25,299 bases of DNA from a virus (taxonomy: Duplodnaviria; Caudoviricetes): the IMG/VR virus record IMGVR_UViG_3300049171_000176, positions 1 to 25,299 of that record. One strand, 5' to 3'. This document shows, piece by piece, positions 1 to 7,754 of the stretch (the stretch's first letter is position 1; the number at the start of each line of letters is the position of its first letter). The notes under the pieces are model-generated. The model searched no databases. It had not been told where the DNA came from and saw only the letters and a list, made by a program, of their open reading frames with translations. The translations under genes were made by a program, and so were the position numbers.

Positions 1-39
1 GTGCACAGCTTCCGGTGTCGGACTCCCCCGGGATCCACG

Positions 40-186
40 GTGGCTGAGCCGATCTCGTTCGAGGAGTACTGCGAGCTGCACGACATTCAGCCCGCCGAGT
101 ACGGTGCTGCATTTGCGGCCTACCTGCACGAGATCTCGGGCGGCGAGTGGGACGGCGCGATGCGGAAGGTCGAACCCCCGGAGTAG
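40..186 (+). CDS. Small acidic hypothetical protein (about 48 aa; start uncertain, could lie upstream)
   Basis: Protein-like composition begins at GTG 40 (AEPISFEEYCELHDIQPAEYGAAFAAYLHEISGG); the frame is open to the window edge. Confidence 0.55.
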   Translation: MAEPISFEEYCELHDIQPAEYGAAFAAYLHEISGGEWDGAMRKVEPPE

Positions 187-218
187 CCTCGGTCCTCCCG
201 ACGGGGAAGGGGAACATC

Positions 219-476
219 GTGGGCAGGAACAGGCAGCCACGCGACTATGACGCTCGCGCATTCGCGGAACTCGACCGAGTGAACCCCGCACTCGAACTCA
301 CCTATCTCCGTGCCGGCTCCGACCCCCACTGGGAGCGCGTGCGGCGCGACGGCCACGACGTCACCGACCAGCCTCACTTATGGACGCCGTACCAGCGCGC
401 GCGGCGTGAGAGCTTCGAGGCGCGGGTCGCCGAGTACCGAGCCGCCGGGCTCCTACCTCCTCAGTCACGTCCGTAA
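219..476 (+). CDS. Hypothetical protein (85 aa)
   Basis: GTG at 219 preceded by GGAAGGGG; followed directly by a 13-bp hairpin. Confidence 0.65.
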   Translation: MGRNRQPRDYDARAFAELDRVNPALELTYLRAGSDPHWERVRRDGHDVTDQPHLWTPYQRARRESFEARVAEYRAAGLLPPQSRP

Positions 477-483
477 CGACGAA

Positions 484-515
484 GCCCCCTCCCAGCGGTG
501 AGGCTGGGAGGGGGC
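484..515. terminator. Terminator-like hairpin
   Basis: Perfect 13-bp stem GCCCCCTCCCAGC/GCTGGGAGGGGGC with a 6-nt loop, just after the stop at 476; weak U-tail on the minus strand. Confidence 0.7.
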
Positions 516-622
516 GTGCCCGCTGTCGGGGCGGGCGTGAATCGTTCGGAGCGTGCAGCGGATCGGATTGCCGCCCGTGCAATGTGCGCTCATGGTGGAC
601 AGGGCGGGCCCGGCGACTCGGC

Positions 623-628
623 TAGGAT
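623..628 (+). promoter_or_regulatory. Possible -10 element (TAGGAT) for the acyltransferase
   Basis: TANNNT hexamer 25 nt upstream of the proposed GTG start at 654; no clear -35 at canonical spacing. Confidence 0.3.
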
Positions 629-653
629 CACGACGTCGGAAACCGGGGGTCAA

Positions 654-2795
654 GTGTCCAATCTCACAGTCGCGCGCGCAGCATCCACACGACGTGAGGA
701 GCCTGAGAAGAAAAGCCGGTTCCGGCCTGATATCCAGGGCCTCCGCACGGTAGCCGTCCTCGCGGTGCTCGTCTACCACCTGAACTCGGCTTGGCTGCCA
801 GGCGGGTTCGTCGGCGTGGACATCTTCTTTGTCATCTCCGGGTTCCTCATCACCGGCATCCTCCTCCGACAGCTCGAGTCGACCGGACGCATCTCCATCC
901 GGGAGTTCTACGGCCGCCGGGCCAAACGGCTCATCCCTGCCGCGACGCTCGTACTGCTAGCCACACTGGGGCTGTCGTTCCTGATCCTCCCGCCGACCCG
1001 GTGGGAATCGATCGGATGGGACGGAATCGCGTCCGCGTTCTACGTCGAGAACTGGCGCCTCGCCCAGACCTCCGTCGACTACCTCAGCCTGGATGCGGCG
1101 CCCAGTCCACTGCAGCACTTCTGGTCCCTCGGGGTCGAAGAGCAGTTCTACCTCGTGTGGCCATTCCTGCTCGTCCTCGTCGGCCTCTTCTTCGCCAGCC
1201 GTCACCACCACCGGAGCCGCTCACGCCGCATCACTAGCCCGCGGTTCCGCCCCGCTGTGCTTGCAGCGCTGGCGGTCGTCACAGTCCCGTCGCTGCTCTG
1301 GTCGATCTACTACACGTCCGAGAGCGCCGGCCCTGCATACTTCGTGACCACGACCCGCATGTGGGAACTAGCCATCGGAGCGATCGTCGCGGCGGCGGCC
1401 GTCTACATCGCCCGCCTGAATAGGGCTGTCCTGATCGTGGCGGGATGGGCGGGCATCGTCGGGATCATCGCGTCCCTCACCCTCATCGGCCCCGGCGTTC
1501 CCTACCCCGGGGCAGCGGCACTCCTACCGACAGTCGCCACCGCGCTCGTCCTCGCCGGCGGAATCGTGCCCGCCCGATACGGACCCGGCATCGTCCTCGG
1601 CATCCGCCCCGCCGTCTTCGTCGGCGACATCTCCTACTCCCTCTACCTGTGGCATTGGCCGCTGATCGTGCTCGCGACCAGCATCCTCGGAGAGATCAAC
1701 CTCCTCGCCGCCGCAGTGCTCGCTGCCCTCTCAATCGGCCTGGCGTGGGCCACGTACCGCTGGGTCGAGAACCCGTTCAACACCGCGAAGGTCCTCACCG
1801 ACGAGCCCTCGAAGGCGATCGCTCTCGGCCTGTGCCTGATGATCGTCACGGGCCTCGCGGGCGGTGCGTTGATCTTCGCCTTCCGCGACGCGCAGAACGC
1901 GGCGCGCGCGTCCAGCTATGTCGCTCCAGAAGCGACCGCCGGCCTCGACGGCGAGCCTGCCCAGATCGAGCAGGGCGCCCTCCTCCTACCGAACCCTCCG
2001 GCAGGAACTGAGCCCGTCGCGACGTCGGAGATCATCACGCCTGCTGCGATCAACGCGGCGGCGGATTGGCCAAGCTGCCCCACATCCGCTGTCGACTCGA
2101 GCGAGGTGAAGAGCTGCTCGATCGGCCCGGAGGACGGCACTCGCGTTGCTCTCGTCGGCGACTCCCACGCGAAGCAATGGATTCCCGCGTTCCAGACGGT
2201 CGCCGCCGAGCGCAACTGGCGGGTGACCGTGTACATCCACGACGCGTGCCCCTTCGCGCTAGGCGAGCTGGTGCGCCAGGGAGCGCCGTACGAGTCGTGC
2301 ATGGCGTGGAACGAAGCAATGCAGGGCGTGCTCGCCAACGATTCGGCGCTGGCGATGGTGTTCACATCGAACTACACCGACGCCGCTGCAGTCTCGGGGA
2401 GCCGCGGGGTTGCAGGCATGGCCGAGGCGCACGCCGCCGCGTGGAAGCCGCTACTCGATCGCGGAACCCCCGTCGTAGCGATCCGAGACACACCCGCCCC
2501 CAAGATCGACGTGCCGGAGTGCGTCTCGCAGAACGAGAGCAACCTCCTCGCGTGCGCTGTACCTCGCGAACAGGCGAGCGACAACCGCGGGCTGGCCCTC
2601 GTCGAGGCCACGCAGCGAGAGTCCCGGGCTGCGCTGGTCGACCTGAACGAGTACATCTGCCCGGGCGCGTCCTGCGCACCTGTGATTGGGAACGTGCTCG
2701 TCTACCGCGACCTCAGCCACATCACTGCCACCTACGCGAAATCGCTCGGCCCGATTCTGAACGAGCGGCTGACGAGCGTCGTTCCCGGCAGCTAA
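654..2795 (+). CDS. O-acyltransferase: acyltransferase-3 membrane domain fused to an extracytoplasmic SGNH domain (OafA/OatA-like architecture)
   Basis: AT3 motifs FRPDIQGLR..AV..V..YH, GVDIFFVISGFLIT, FYGRRAKRL.P, HFWSLGVEEQFY and SYSLYLWHWP; many TM segments; SGNH motifs GDSHA and DxxH (YRDLSH). Start moved from 498 to GTG 654 because the longer ORF starts inside the hairpin. Confidence 0.93.
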   Translation: MSNLTVARAASTRREEPEKKSRFRPDIQGLRTVAVLAVLVYHLNSAWLPGGFVGVDIFFVISGFLITGILLRQLESTGRISIREFYGRRAKRLIPAATLVLLATLGLSFLILPPTRWESIGWDGIASAFYVENWRLAQTSVDYLSLDAAPSPLQHFWSLGVEEQFYLVWPFLLVLVGLFFASRHHHRSRSRRITSPRFRPAVLAALAVVTVPSLLWSIYYTSESAGPAYFVTTTRMWELAIGAIVAAAAVYIARLNRAVLIVAGWAGIVGIIASLTLIGPGVPYPGAAALLPTVATALVLAGGIVPARYGPGIVLGIRPAVFVGDISYSLYLWHWPLIVLATSILGEINLLAAAVLAALSIGLAWATYRWVENPFNTAKVLTDEPSKAIALGLCLMIVTGLAGGALIFAFRDAQNAARASSYVAPEATAGLDGEPAQIEQGALLLPNPPAGTEPVATSEIITPAAINAAADWPSCPTSAVDSSEVKSCSIGPEDGTRVALVGDSHAKQWIPAFQTVAAERNWRVTVYIHDACPFALGELVRQGAPYESCMAWNEAMQGVLANDSALAMVFTSNYTDAAAVSGSRGVAGMAEAHAAAWKPLLDRGTPVVAIRDTPAPKIDVPECVSQNESNLLACAVPREQASDNRGLALVEATQRESRAALVDLNEYICPGASCAPVIGNVLVYRDLSHITATYAKSLGPILNERLTSVVPGS

Positions 2796-2823
2796 CGCGG
2801 AGCCCCCTGCAGAAACGCCGAAA

Positions 2824-2859
2824 GCCCCCGGCCAGCATCCGAGGATGCTGGCCGGGGGC
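2824..2859 (-). terminator. Intrinsic terminator between convergent genes (probably bidirectional)
   Basis: GCCCCCGGCCAGCATCC / GGATGCTGGCCGGGGGC perfect inverted repeat, followed by TTTCGGCGTTTCT on the minus strand. Confidence 0.85.
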
Positions 2860-2879
2860 CGGTGATAGTCGCGACTAGA

Positions 2880-3776
2880 TCACGGGAGCACCGTCGCGGG
2901 GTTGCTCCACGTGTCGCCGAAGTAGACGCCGCCAGCGGTGAGGACCTCCGAGACGTACTCGTCGTGATCGTCAGCGGCGACATCCGCGAACGATCGGCCG
3001 GACGCGGTCAGGTCCTCGAGGTAGAGCCGGTACACGACGATCGACGACAATCCGTTCGTCTGACCCGACGACGCAGCACCGAGGCGCACAAGCCGATTCA
3101 GTGCAGCGAACGATGCGGGCGCGTCCGTCGTACCGATGCCGGCGAAGAACGTGTAAGCGCCGCTGCTACCGTCGCGACGTTCCACCGGTGCGCCGGCCGG
3201 CCGGAGACCGGACGCCGCGGTGGGCGCGTACGCCTGGCTGCTCGCCGAACTCGGGCCCACCATGAGCCACCGGTCCCCCGCTGTACCGACGGGGTTTCCC
3301 TTCTGCAGGCCCGCGAAGTAGTGCGGGTTACCCGCGTAGGGTCCGACGCGGGTGACGCGGTACCAGACGCCGAGGTAGTAGTCGTGGGTCGGGTTCGCGT
3401 TGATGTAGGCGAGCAGCGCCGCGCTGCCGAGACTGATGTCGAACAGCTCGTACGGCGACGCCTGAGCGGTGAGCGAGTTCATCACGTGGATGCCGCCCTT
3501 GGCGGTCAGCTCGGCCTTCGTCTTCGCCGACCCTGATGCGATGGTGTTGGTGACCGTCGGCGCGCCCGGGTCTCCCCCGATGGTCGCGGCGGCGAGATCT
3601 GCGGCGAGGTTCACGAGCGGCCCGCTCGCTGCCGGGATCGCCCCGAGCGGCGCGAACGGGCTGCCCGGGTAGACCATCACCAGCGGGCCGTCGCTCACGC
3701 CCTCGAGCAGCGCGGACGCCTTCGGGGTCGGCACGCCCTGGATGAGAGAGCCGGGGATCCTGAGAACGGATGGCAT
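2880..3776 (-). CDS. Hypothetical virion-associated protein (298 aa), last gene of the late operon
   Basis: ATG 3776 with AGGAGG; Gly/Ala/Thr-rich and beta-like; function inferred from position only. Confidence 0.7.
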   Translation of the reverse strand: MPSVLRIPGSLIQGVPTPKASALLEGVSDGPLVMVYPGSPFAPLGAIPAASGPLVNLAADLAAATIGGDPGAPTVTNTIASGSAKTKAELTAKGGIHVMNSLTAQASPYELFDISLGSAALLAYINANPTHDYYLGVWYRVTRVGPYAGNPHYFAGLQKGNPVGTAGDRWLMVGPSSASSQAYAPTAASGLRPAGAPVERRDGSSGAYTFFAGIGTTDAPASFAALNRLVRLGAASSGQTNGLSSIVVYRLYLEDLTASGRSFADVAADDHDEYVSEVLTAGGVYFGDTWSNPATVLP

Positions 3777-3784
3777 GGTTCCTC

Positions 3785-4228
3785 CTACTTCGTCTCGGCG
3801 ATCAGTGCCACGAGCAGCCGCGGGTCCGCGCCGCCCTCGAACGTGGGCTTCAGGACGATCCGCATCCACTTGCCGTAGCCGACGAGCGAGCGGGACTGGG
3901 CGGACGGCGCCGCCGACATCGCAGCGAAGTCGTCACCCTCGCGGGTGAGCGCGGCCACCTGGTCGGCGGGGACGTCGTACCAGCGGGGCTTCGTGAGCCG
4001 CTGCCCCGTGGTGTGCATGACCGCGAACTGCAGCACGGGCTTGAGCTGGAACGACGTCGGTGTTCCGAGCACCTGCTCGACGCCGACGGTCCACCGGCAC
4101 TCGTCGGAGAATCCCCAGTCGAACTGCGAGACCGGGAACGCGTTGGCGACGACCGCCGACGTTGACCCGTCCGCGCGCAGCGCCATCGTCGAGTCGGCCG
4201 CCAGGAATACGTGCGTGCGACCAGCCAT
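3785..4228 (-). CDS. Hypothetical protein (147 aa), probable small beta-sandwich
   Basis: ATG 4228 lies 2 nt after the upstream stop; sequence MAGRTHVFLAADS...KWMRIVLKPTFEGG with alternating hydrophobic strands. Confidence 0.7.
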   Translation of the reverse strand: MAGRTHVFLAADSTMALRADGSTSAVVANAFPVSQFDWGFSDECRWTVGVEQVLGTPTSFQLKPVLQFAVMHTTGQRLTKPRWYDVPADQVAALTREGDDFAAMSAAPSAQSRSLVGYGKWMRIVLKPTFEGGADPRLLVALIAETK

Positions 4229-4230
4229 GC

Positions 4231-5154
4231 TCACGCCGCCTTTCGGATCGAGACGACCACGTCGTCGAGGATCGCCCACACGTCGCCGGCCTCGTACCCG
4301 GAAACCGTTGGGTCCCCAGCAGTGATGTTGAAGCCGGGATTGAGGCCGCCCGCGAACGACCGCTGCGGGTCGGTAGTGCTGTACTGCGGGGGTTCCGCGT
4401 ATGGGCGGTAGCCGAACGGGACCAGGTCGATGAGCTGGTCGGCGACCTGCAGGGAGTCGTACCGGCCCCACTTGCTGTTCGCCCACAGATCGAGCGTGAG
4501 CCGGCAATACGTGTCGTTGCGCTTGTCCTCGTTGAAGCCGGGAGCCGCGACCCCGCCCACTGTGGACTCGAGCCACTGGTGCACGGAGAGCGACTGATTG
4601 CCAATCCCCCACCGCTGGAACCCAGTCACCGGGTCGATCGAGACGCGGGCGTTGAAGTACGAGCGGCCCTTGTAGTTCGGGTTCGTCTGCCAGTCGCCCG
4701 GCAGCACCCACTCCTGCGTGTCCAGGTAGACGTTGAAGCTGCCGAACGCGCGCGCCGACGTCCCGCCCAGCGCCATGTGCCAGGAGATGTCGATGTAGCG
4801 CCAGCCGTCCTCCGTGATCGGGAAGTCACGAGAGAGCCGGTTGTAGGAGCCGGTGCCGTCGTGCCGCCAATTCGCGCGCACGGCGGGGTCCGTGATGTGC
4901 GCCGGAGCGGACTTCGCCGACATCAGCAGCGATCGCGCACCCGAGAGCGCGCGCTCCGACGTCAGCGACATCGGGTTGCGAACCGTCGAGGTGGTGTCGT
5001 TCCCCGCGATGTGATCGGCCCAGCGGCCGAAGCCGTCCTCGAAGTCGTCGAACGCGAGGACCTTTCCGTCGAGCACCTTCTCGTCGCGCTCGAGCGAGCG
5101 TGCCGTGCCGATGTCCAGGGTGCTGCGGCCTCCGAGCAGGGACTTGAATACCAT
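4231..5154 (-). CDS. Putative carbohydrate-binding / jelly-roll protein (307 aa), candidate receptor-binding protein
   Basis: ATG overlaps the upstream stop (TGATG). The pattern FDDFEDG..W, SERALSGARSL, terminal ILDDVVVS resembles CBM/lectin/lyase jelly-roll folds; rich in Trp and Tyr. Confidence 0.6.
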   Translation of the reverse strand: MVFKSLLGGRSTLDIGTARSLERDEKVLDGKVLAFDDFEDGFGRWADHIAGNDTTSTVRNPMSLTSERALSGARSLLMSAKSAPAHITDPAVRANWRHDGTGSYNRLSRDFPITEDGWRYIDISWHMALGGTSARAFGSFNVYLDTQEWVLPGDWQTNPNYKGRSYFNARVSIDPVTGFQRWGIGNQSLSVHQWLESTVGGVAAPGFNEDKRNDTYCRLTLDLWANSKWGRYDSLQVADQLIDLVPFGYRPYAEPPQYSTTDPQRSFAGGLNPGFNITAGDPTVSGYEAGDVWAILDDVVVSIRKAA

Positions 5155-5981
5155 CAGGCGCCGCCTTCCAGAATGAGGATGTCGATGAGCGTCGTGCCGT
5201 CGGTGCGAAACCACACCATGTCTTCGGTGCCGTTCCACACGAACGGCTTGCTGGGTCCGACGTGGAACCCCAGGAGGTTGACCATCGCCCACTTGGTGAT
5301 GAGGTCAAACTGTCCGGTCGCGTCGAAGCCGAGCGCGTACCGGTTGCCTTCGTCGTCCGCGAGGTAGAACCCGCCGTCGCCGTCGGATGTCGCCACCACG
5401 CGCGGCATACCCTTGCCCTCGGCCGATCGCATCGTGGCCTCGGCGATCTCGCCGTCGACGTCGAAGCCGACCCTGGAGGGTCGGCCGTCGGCGTCGCCGA
5501 GGAACGCCTCGTCGTTGTCGAACTCCGGCGAGACGGGCGAGGACGTCGACACGTCGCGCGTCGCCAGCATGTCGTCGACGGCAGCGAGCGCGGCGGCCGG
5601 CGCGGTGACCTCCACGACCGTCTGAGCCTGAGCGACGGCCGCCTGGGCAGCGGTGGCCGCCGCGATCGCCGCAGCCACAGTGTCAGGGTCGAGCCCGGCC
5701 GCGAGGACCGCGCCGAACTTCGACGTGAGCTGGGTGACGAACGATCCTGACTTGAGGATCACCTGCGGCGGATCGCCAGCGACACGGAAGGACGGAAGCA
5801 CTCCGATGTTGCTCGAGCGGAGCGTCGGGATGCCGGCTCCGGATGCCGGGTCGGTCAGCGGGAGCGGCGTCGCGTACGCCGAGTCGTCGGCCGCGAACAC
5901 CTGGAACGCGGCCCCGGTGACCAGCTCCTCGGTGTCGGGGTTGTACGCGATCTGCGAGTCGTACAGGTCCTCGAGTGCCAT
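5154..5981 (-). CDS. Putative tail spike/fibre anchor protein (275 aa)
   Basis: Strong SD AAAGGAG; N-terminal beta domain, Ala-rich helical linker and two internal repeats (FLGDADGRPSRVGFDVDG / YLADDEGNRYALGFDATG). Confidence 0.6.
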   Translation of the reverse strand: MALEDLYDSQIAYNPDTEELVTGAAFQVFAADDSAYATPLPLTDPASGAGIPTLRSSNIGVLPSFRVAGDPPQVILKSGSFVTQLTSKFGAVLAAGLDPDTVAAAIAAATAAQAAVAQAQTVVEVTAPAAALAAVDDMLATRDVSTSSPVSPEFDNDEAFLGDADGRPSRVGFDVDGEIAEATMRSAEGKGMPRVVATSDGDGGFYLADDEGNRYALGFDATGQFDLITKWAMVNLLGFHVGPSKPFVWNGTEDMVWFRTDGTTLIDILILEGGA

Positions 5982-6020
5982 GTTCGTGTGCTCCTTTCAG
6001 GACGGGGAGAAACGGACGGT

Positions 6021-6060
6021 GAGGGTCGCGGCCACGACGATGACGGAGACCGCGACCCTC
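6021..6060 (-). terminator. Hairpin after the holin (attenuator/terminator-like)
   Basis: GAGGGTCGCGG / CCGCGACCCTC 11-bp perfect stem in the intergenic gap; no strong adjacent U-tract. Confidence 0.55.
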
Positions 6061-6067
6061 CGGAGTA

Positions 6068-6592
6068 TCAGCCGATGTTGTGGCCGCCGACGTGCTTCGG
6101 CTCGGGCGGCAGCGACGTGACGTTGTAGACCTCGTCGCCGTTGTGCACCTCAACGGTCGCGAGCACGGGAGTCGGATCGTTCGGCAGCGTGGCCAGGATC
6201 AGGCGCAGCAGCGACACGAGAGCCGCGAGAGCGGATGCCTGCAGCACGACGCCCCACTCCACGTCGGAGATCAGCACGGCGCCGAGCAGACCGGCCGCGA
6301 TCGCCTGACCGAACGTCTTGACGACGCGCTCGACGGCCGCGAGCCACCACGGCAGGTCGACACCCTCGACCTCGGGAAGGCCGGCGAGAGACGTCGCGAG
6401 GGATGCTACGAATCCGATGGCGCCGGCCGAGAGAACGGTGAGCCACGAGACCTCGGCGACGAGCTGCGTCGCGCCGAGGTACGGGAGGCCGATGGCGACG
6501 GCGGAGTACAGTGCGCGGAGTGCGGCGTCCTTCCACCACACGGGGTTGACGAGGTTGGAGAGCGCGAGCTTCGCTCGCAGAGAGATTTTCAC
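6068..6592 (-). CDS. Holin, r1t-like, with a tandemly duplicated domain
   Basis: r1t-type signature WW.AAVERVVKTFGQA...V.W..VL...ALAA.VSLL and SLAGLPEV; GGAGG SD; last gene of the lysis cassette. Confidence 0.85.
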   Translation of the reverse strand: MKISLRAKLALSNLVNPVWWKDAALRALYSAVAIGLPYLGATQLVAEVSWLTVLSAGAIGFVASLATSLAGLPEVEGVDLPWWLAAVERVVKTFGQAIAAGLLGAVLISDVEWGVVLQASALAALVSLLRLILATLPNDPTPVLATVEVHNGDEVYNVTSLPPEPKHVGGHNIG

Positions 6593-6608
6593 TGGTGACC
6601 TCCTCAGG

Positions 6609-7055
6609 TCAGGTAGATGGTTCGGTGTCCTCGAGGTCTGGCTCGGCGGACAGGTGAGTGATTCCGAGCCGCACCAGGATCGGGAGCGGCAGGGTGGGCA
6701 TCGGGCCCGGGCGGTTGCGGATGTTCCACAGCCAGAGCTGCGTCTCGCGGGCGCGGATCGCGTCGTTCATCTCGTGCGACTCGCGACGCATGTCGCTCAT
6801 CGACTGCTGCAGCTCGGCGAGTTCGGCCTGCATGCCGGCGACTGCGGCCAGGACGCGCTTCTCGACGACGGAGTCGACGTACCCCTGAAACGCGGTCTGC
6901 CCCTTGAGGAACGCGTCTGTCGCGGATGCTTCGACCTTGGTCTCTTCGATCTCCTGATCGACACGCTTCCCGCGGAACAGGAACCATGCGCCGATGAACG
7001 CTGCGACCGCGCCGCCGAGGCCGGTGATGATGCCCGTCCAGATAGCCGTCTCCAT
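6609..7055 (-). CDS. Single-TM plus coiled-coil membrane protein of the lysis cassette (148 aa)
   Basis: N-terminal TM (IWTGIITGLGGAVAAFIGAWFLF) then RGKR and a heptad region; TGATG overlap with the upstream gene. Confidence 0.8.
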   Translation of the reverse strand: METAIWTGIITGLGGAVAAFIGAWFLFRGKRVDQEIEETKVEASATDAFLKGQTAFQGYVDSVVEKRVLAAVAGMQAELAELQQSMSDMRRESHEMNDAIRARETQLWLWNIRNRPGPMPTLPLPILVRLGITHLSAEPDLEDTEPST

Positions 7056-7600
7056 CAAGCCCTCGCCTTCCGCAGTCGCCGCGGAAGGCGCGCTCTCCGT
7101 TCACGGCCGAGACGCGCGAGGTTCCACAGAGGGAGCACGAGCAGCCCCGTGACAGCGAGCGAGACGATCCAGCGTTGGCCTTCGCCCTGGAACGTCAGCA
7201 CCCAAAGGGCTGCCGCATACCCGCCGATCACGAGGAGCATCAGCAGCTTCCCGATGCCCTCCGCGAGCCAGAGCTTCGGGAACGAGATCCCGCCCAGCGC
7301 GAGCACCCCACCGATGAGCAGGAGCCACCCTGACAGGTGAGCGATGAAGTCGACGAAAATGATGTCGAAGCTGGGCATGCCCCGGATCACGCCGGCCAGC
7401 CCCATGGCCGTGATGATGATGTCGAACACGGGAAGCACGTACCGTTTCAGCTCCCGGTCCGATTCGCCCTGTGATTCCGGGATCGCGGCTGGATGCCACA
7501 CCGTCTGCCGATAGAGCCACTGGCTCATGAGGAGAGCCCCGAAAGCTATTCGGGCGCGAGCGTGGCGCACACGCCCGGACAACGCGGACAGCGTCGGCAT
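7055..7600 (-). CDS. Multi-pass (about 4-5 TM) membrane protein, holin-like (181 aa)
   Basis: ATG 7600 with GGAGG; four clear hydrophobic segments and a basic C-terminal tail. Confidence 0.8.
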   Translation of the reverse strand: MPTLSALSGRVRHARARIAFGALLMSQWLYRQTVWHPAAIPESQGESDRELKRYVLPVFDIIITAMGLAGVIRGMPSFDIIFVDFIAHLSGWLLLIGGVLALGGISFPKLWLAEGIGKLLMLLVIGGYAAALWVLTFQGEGQRWIVSLAVTGLLVLPLWNLARLGRERRARLPRRLRKARA

Positions 7601-7601
7601 G

Positions 7602-7754
7602 TCAACCTCCCGGAAGCGTAAGGGCGAGGTGGATCGCGAAGCCGAGCAGCGCCAGCGCGGGGACCATGAGGCCGATCGGGAGCCACGGCCCCCGCCACCA
7701 CCCGCGGTGATGACGGGGACCAGAGGCATGCCGAGCAGCGACCCTACGGACCAC
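7602..7754 (-). CDS. Small single-TM protein (50 aa)
   Basis: GTG overlaps the endolysin stop (TAGTG); sequence VVRRVAARHASGPRHHRGWWRGPWLPIGLMVPALALLGFAIHLALTLPGG; fills the gap exactly. Confidence 0.65.
   Translation of the reverse strand: MVRRVAARHASGPRHHRGWWRGPWLPIGLMVPALALLGFAIHLALTLPGG

Noticed and set aside
498-653. N-terminal extension of the acyltransferase
   Set aside because: Starts inside the terminator hairpin with no SD; GTG 654 fits the family start better.
553-753. 66-aa plus-strand ORF as a real gene
   Set aside because: Overlaps the acyltransferase out of frame and lacks protein-like features; kept only as context for the possible promoter.
1-2879. att site, tRNA or CRISPR array at the prophage end
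   Set aside because: No cloverleaf or repeat-spacer pattern seen; an att core cannot be identified without the other prophage end.
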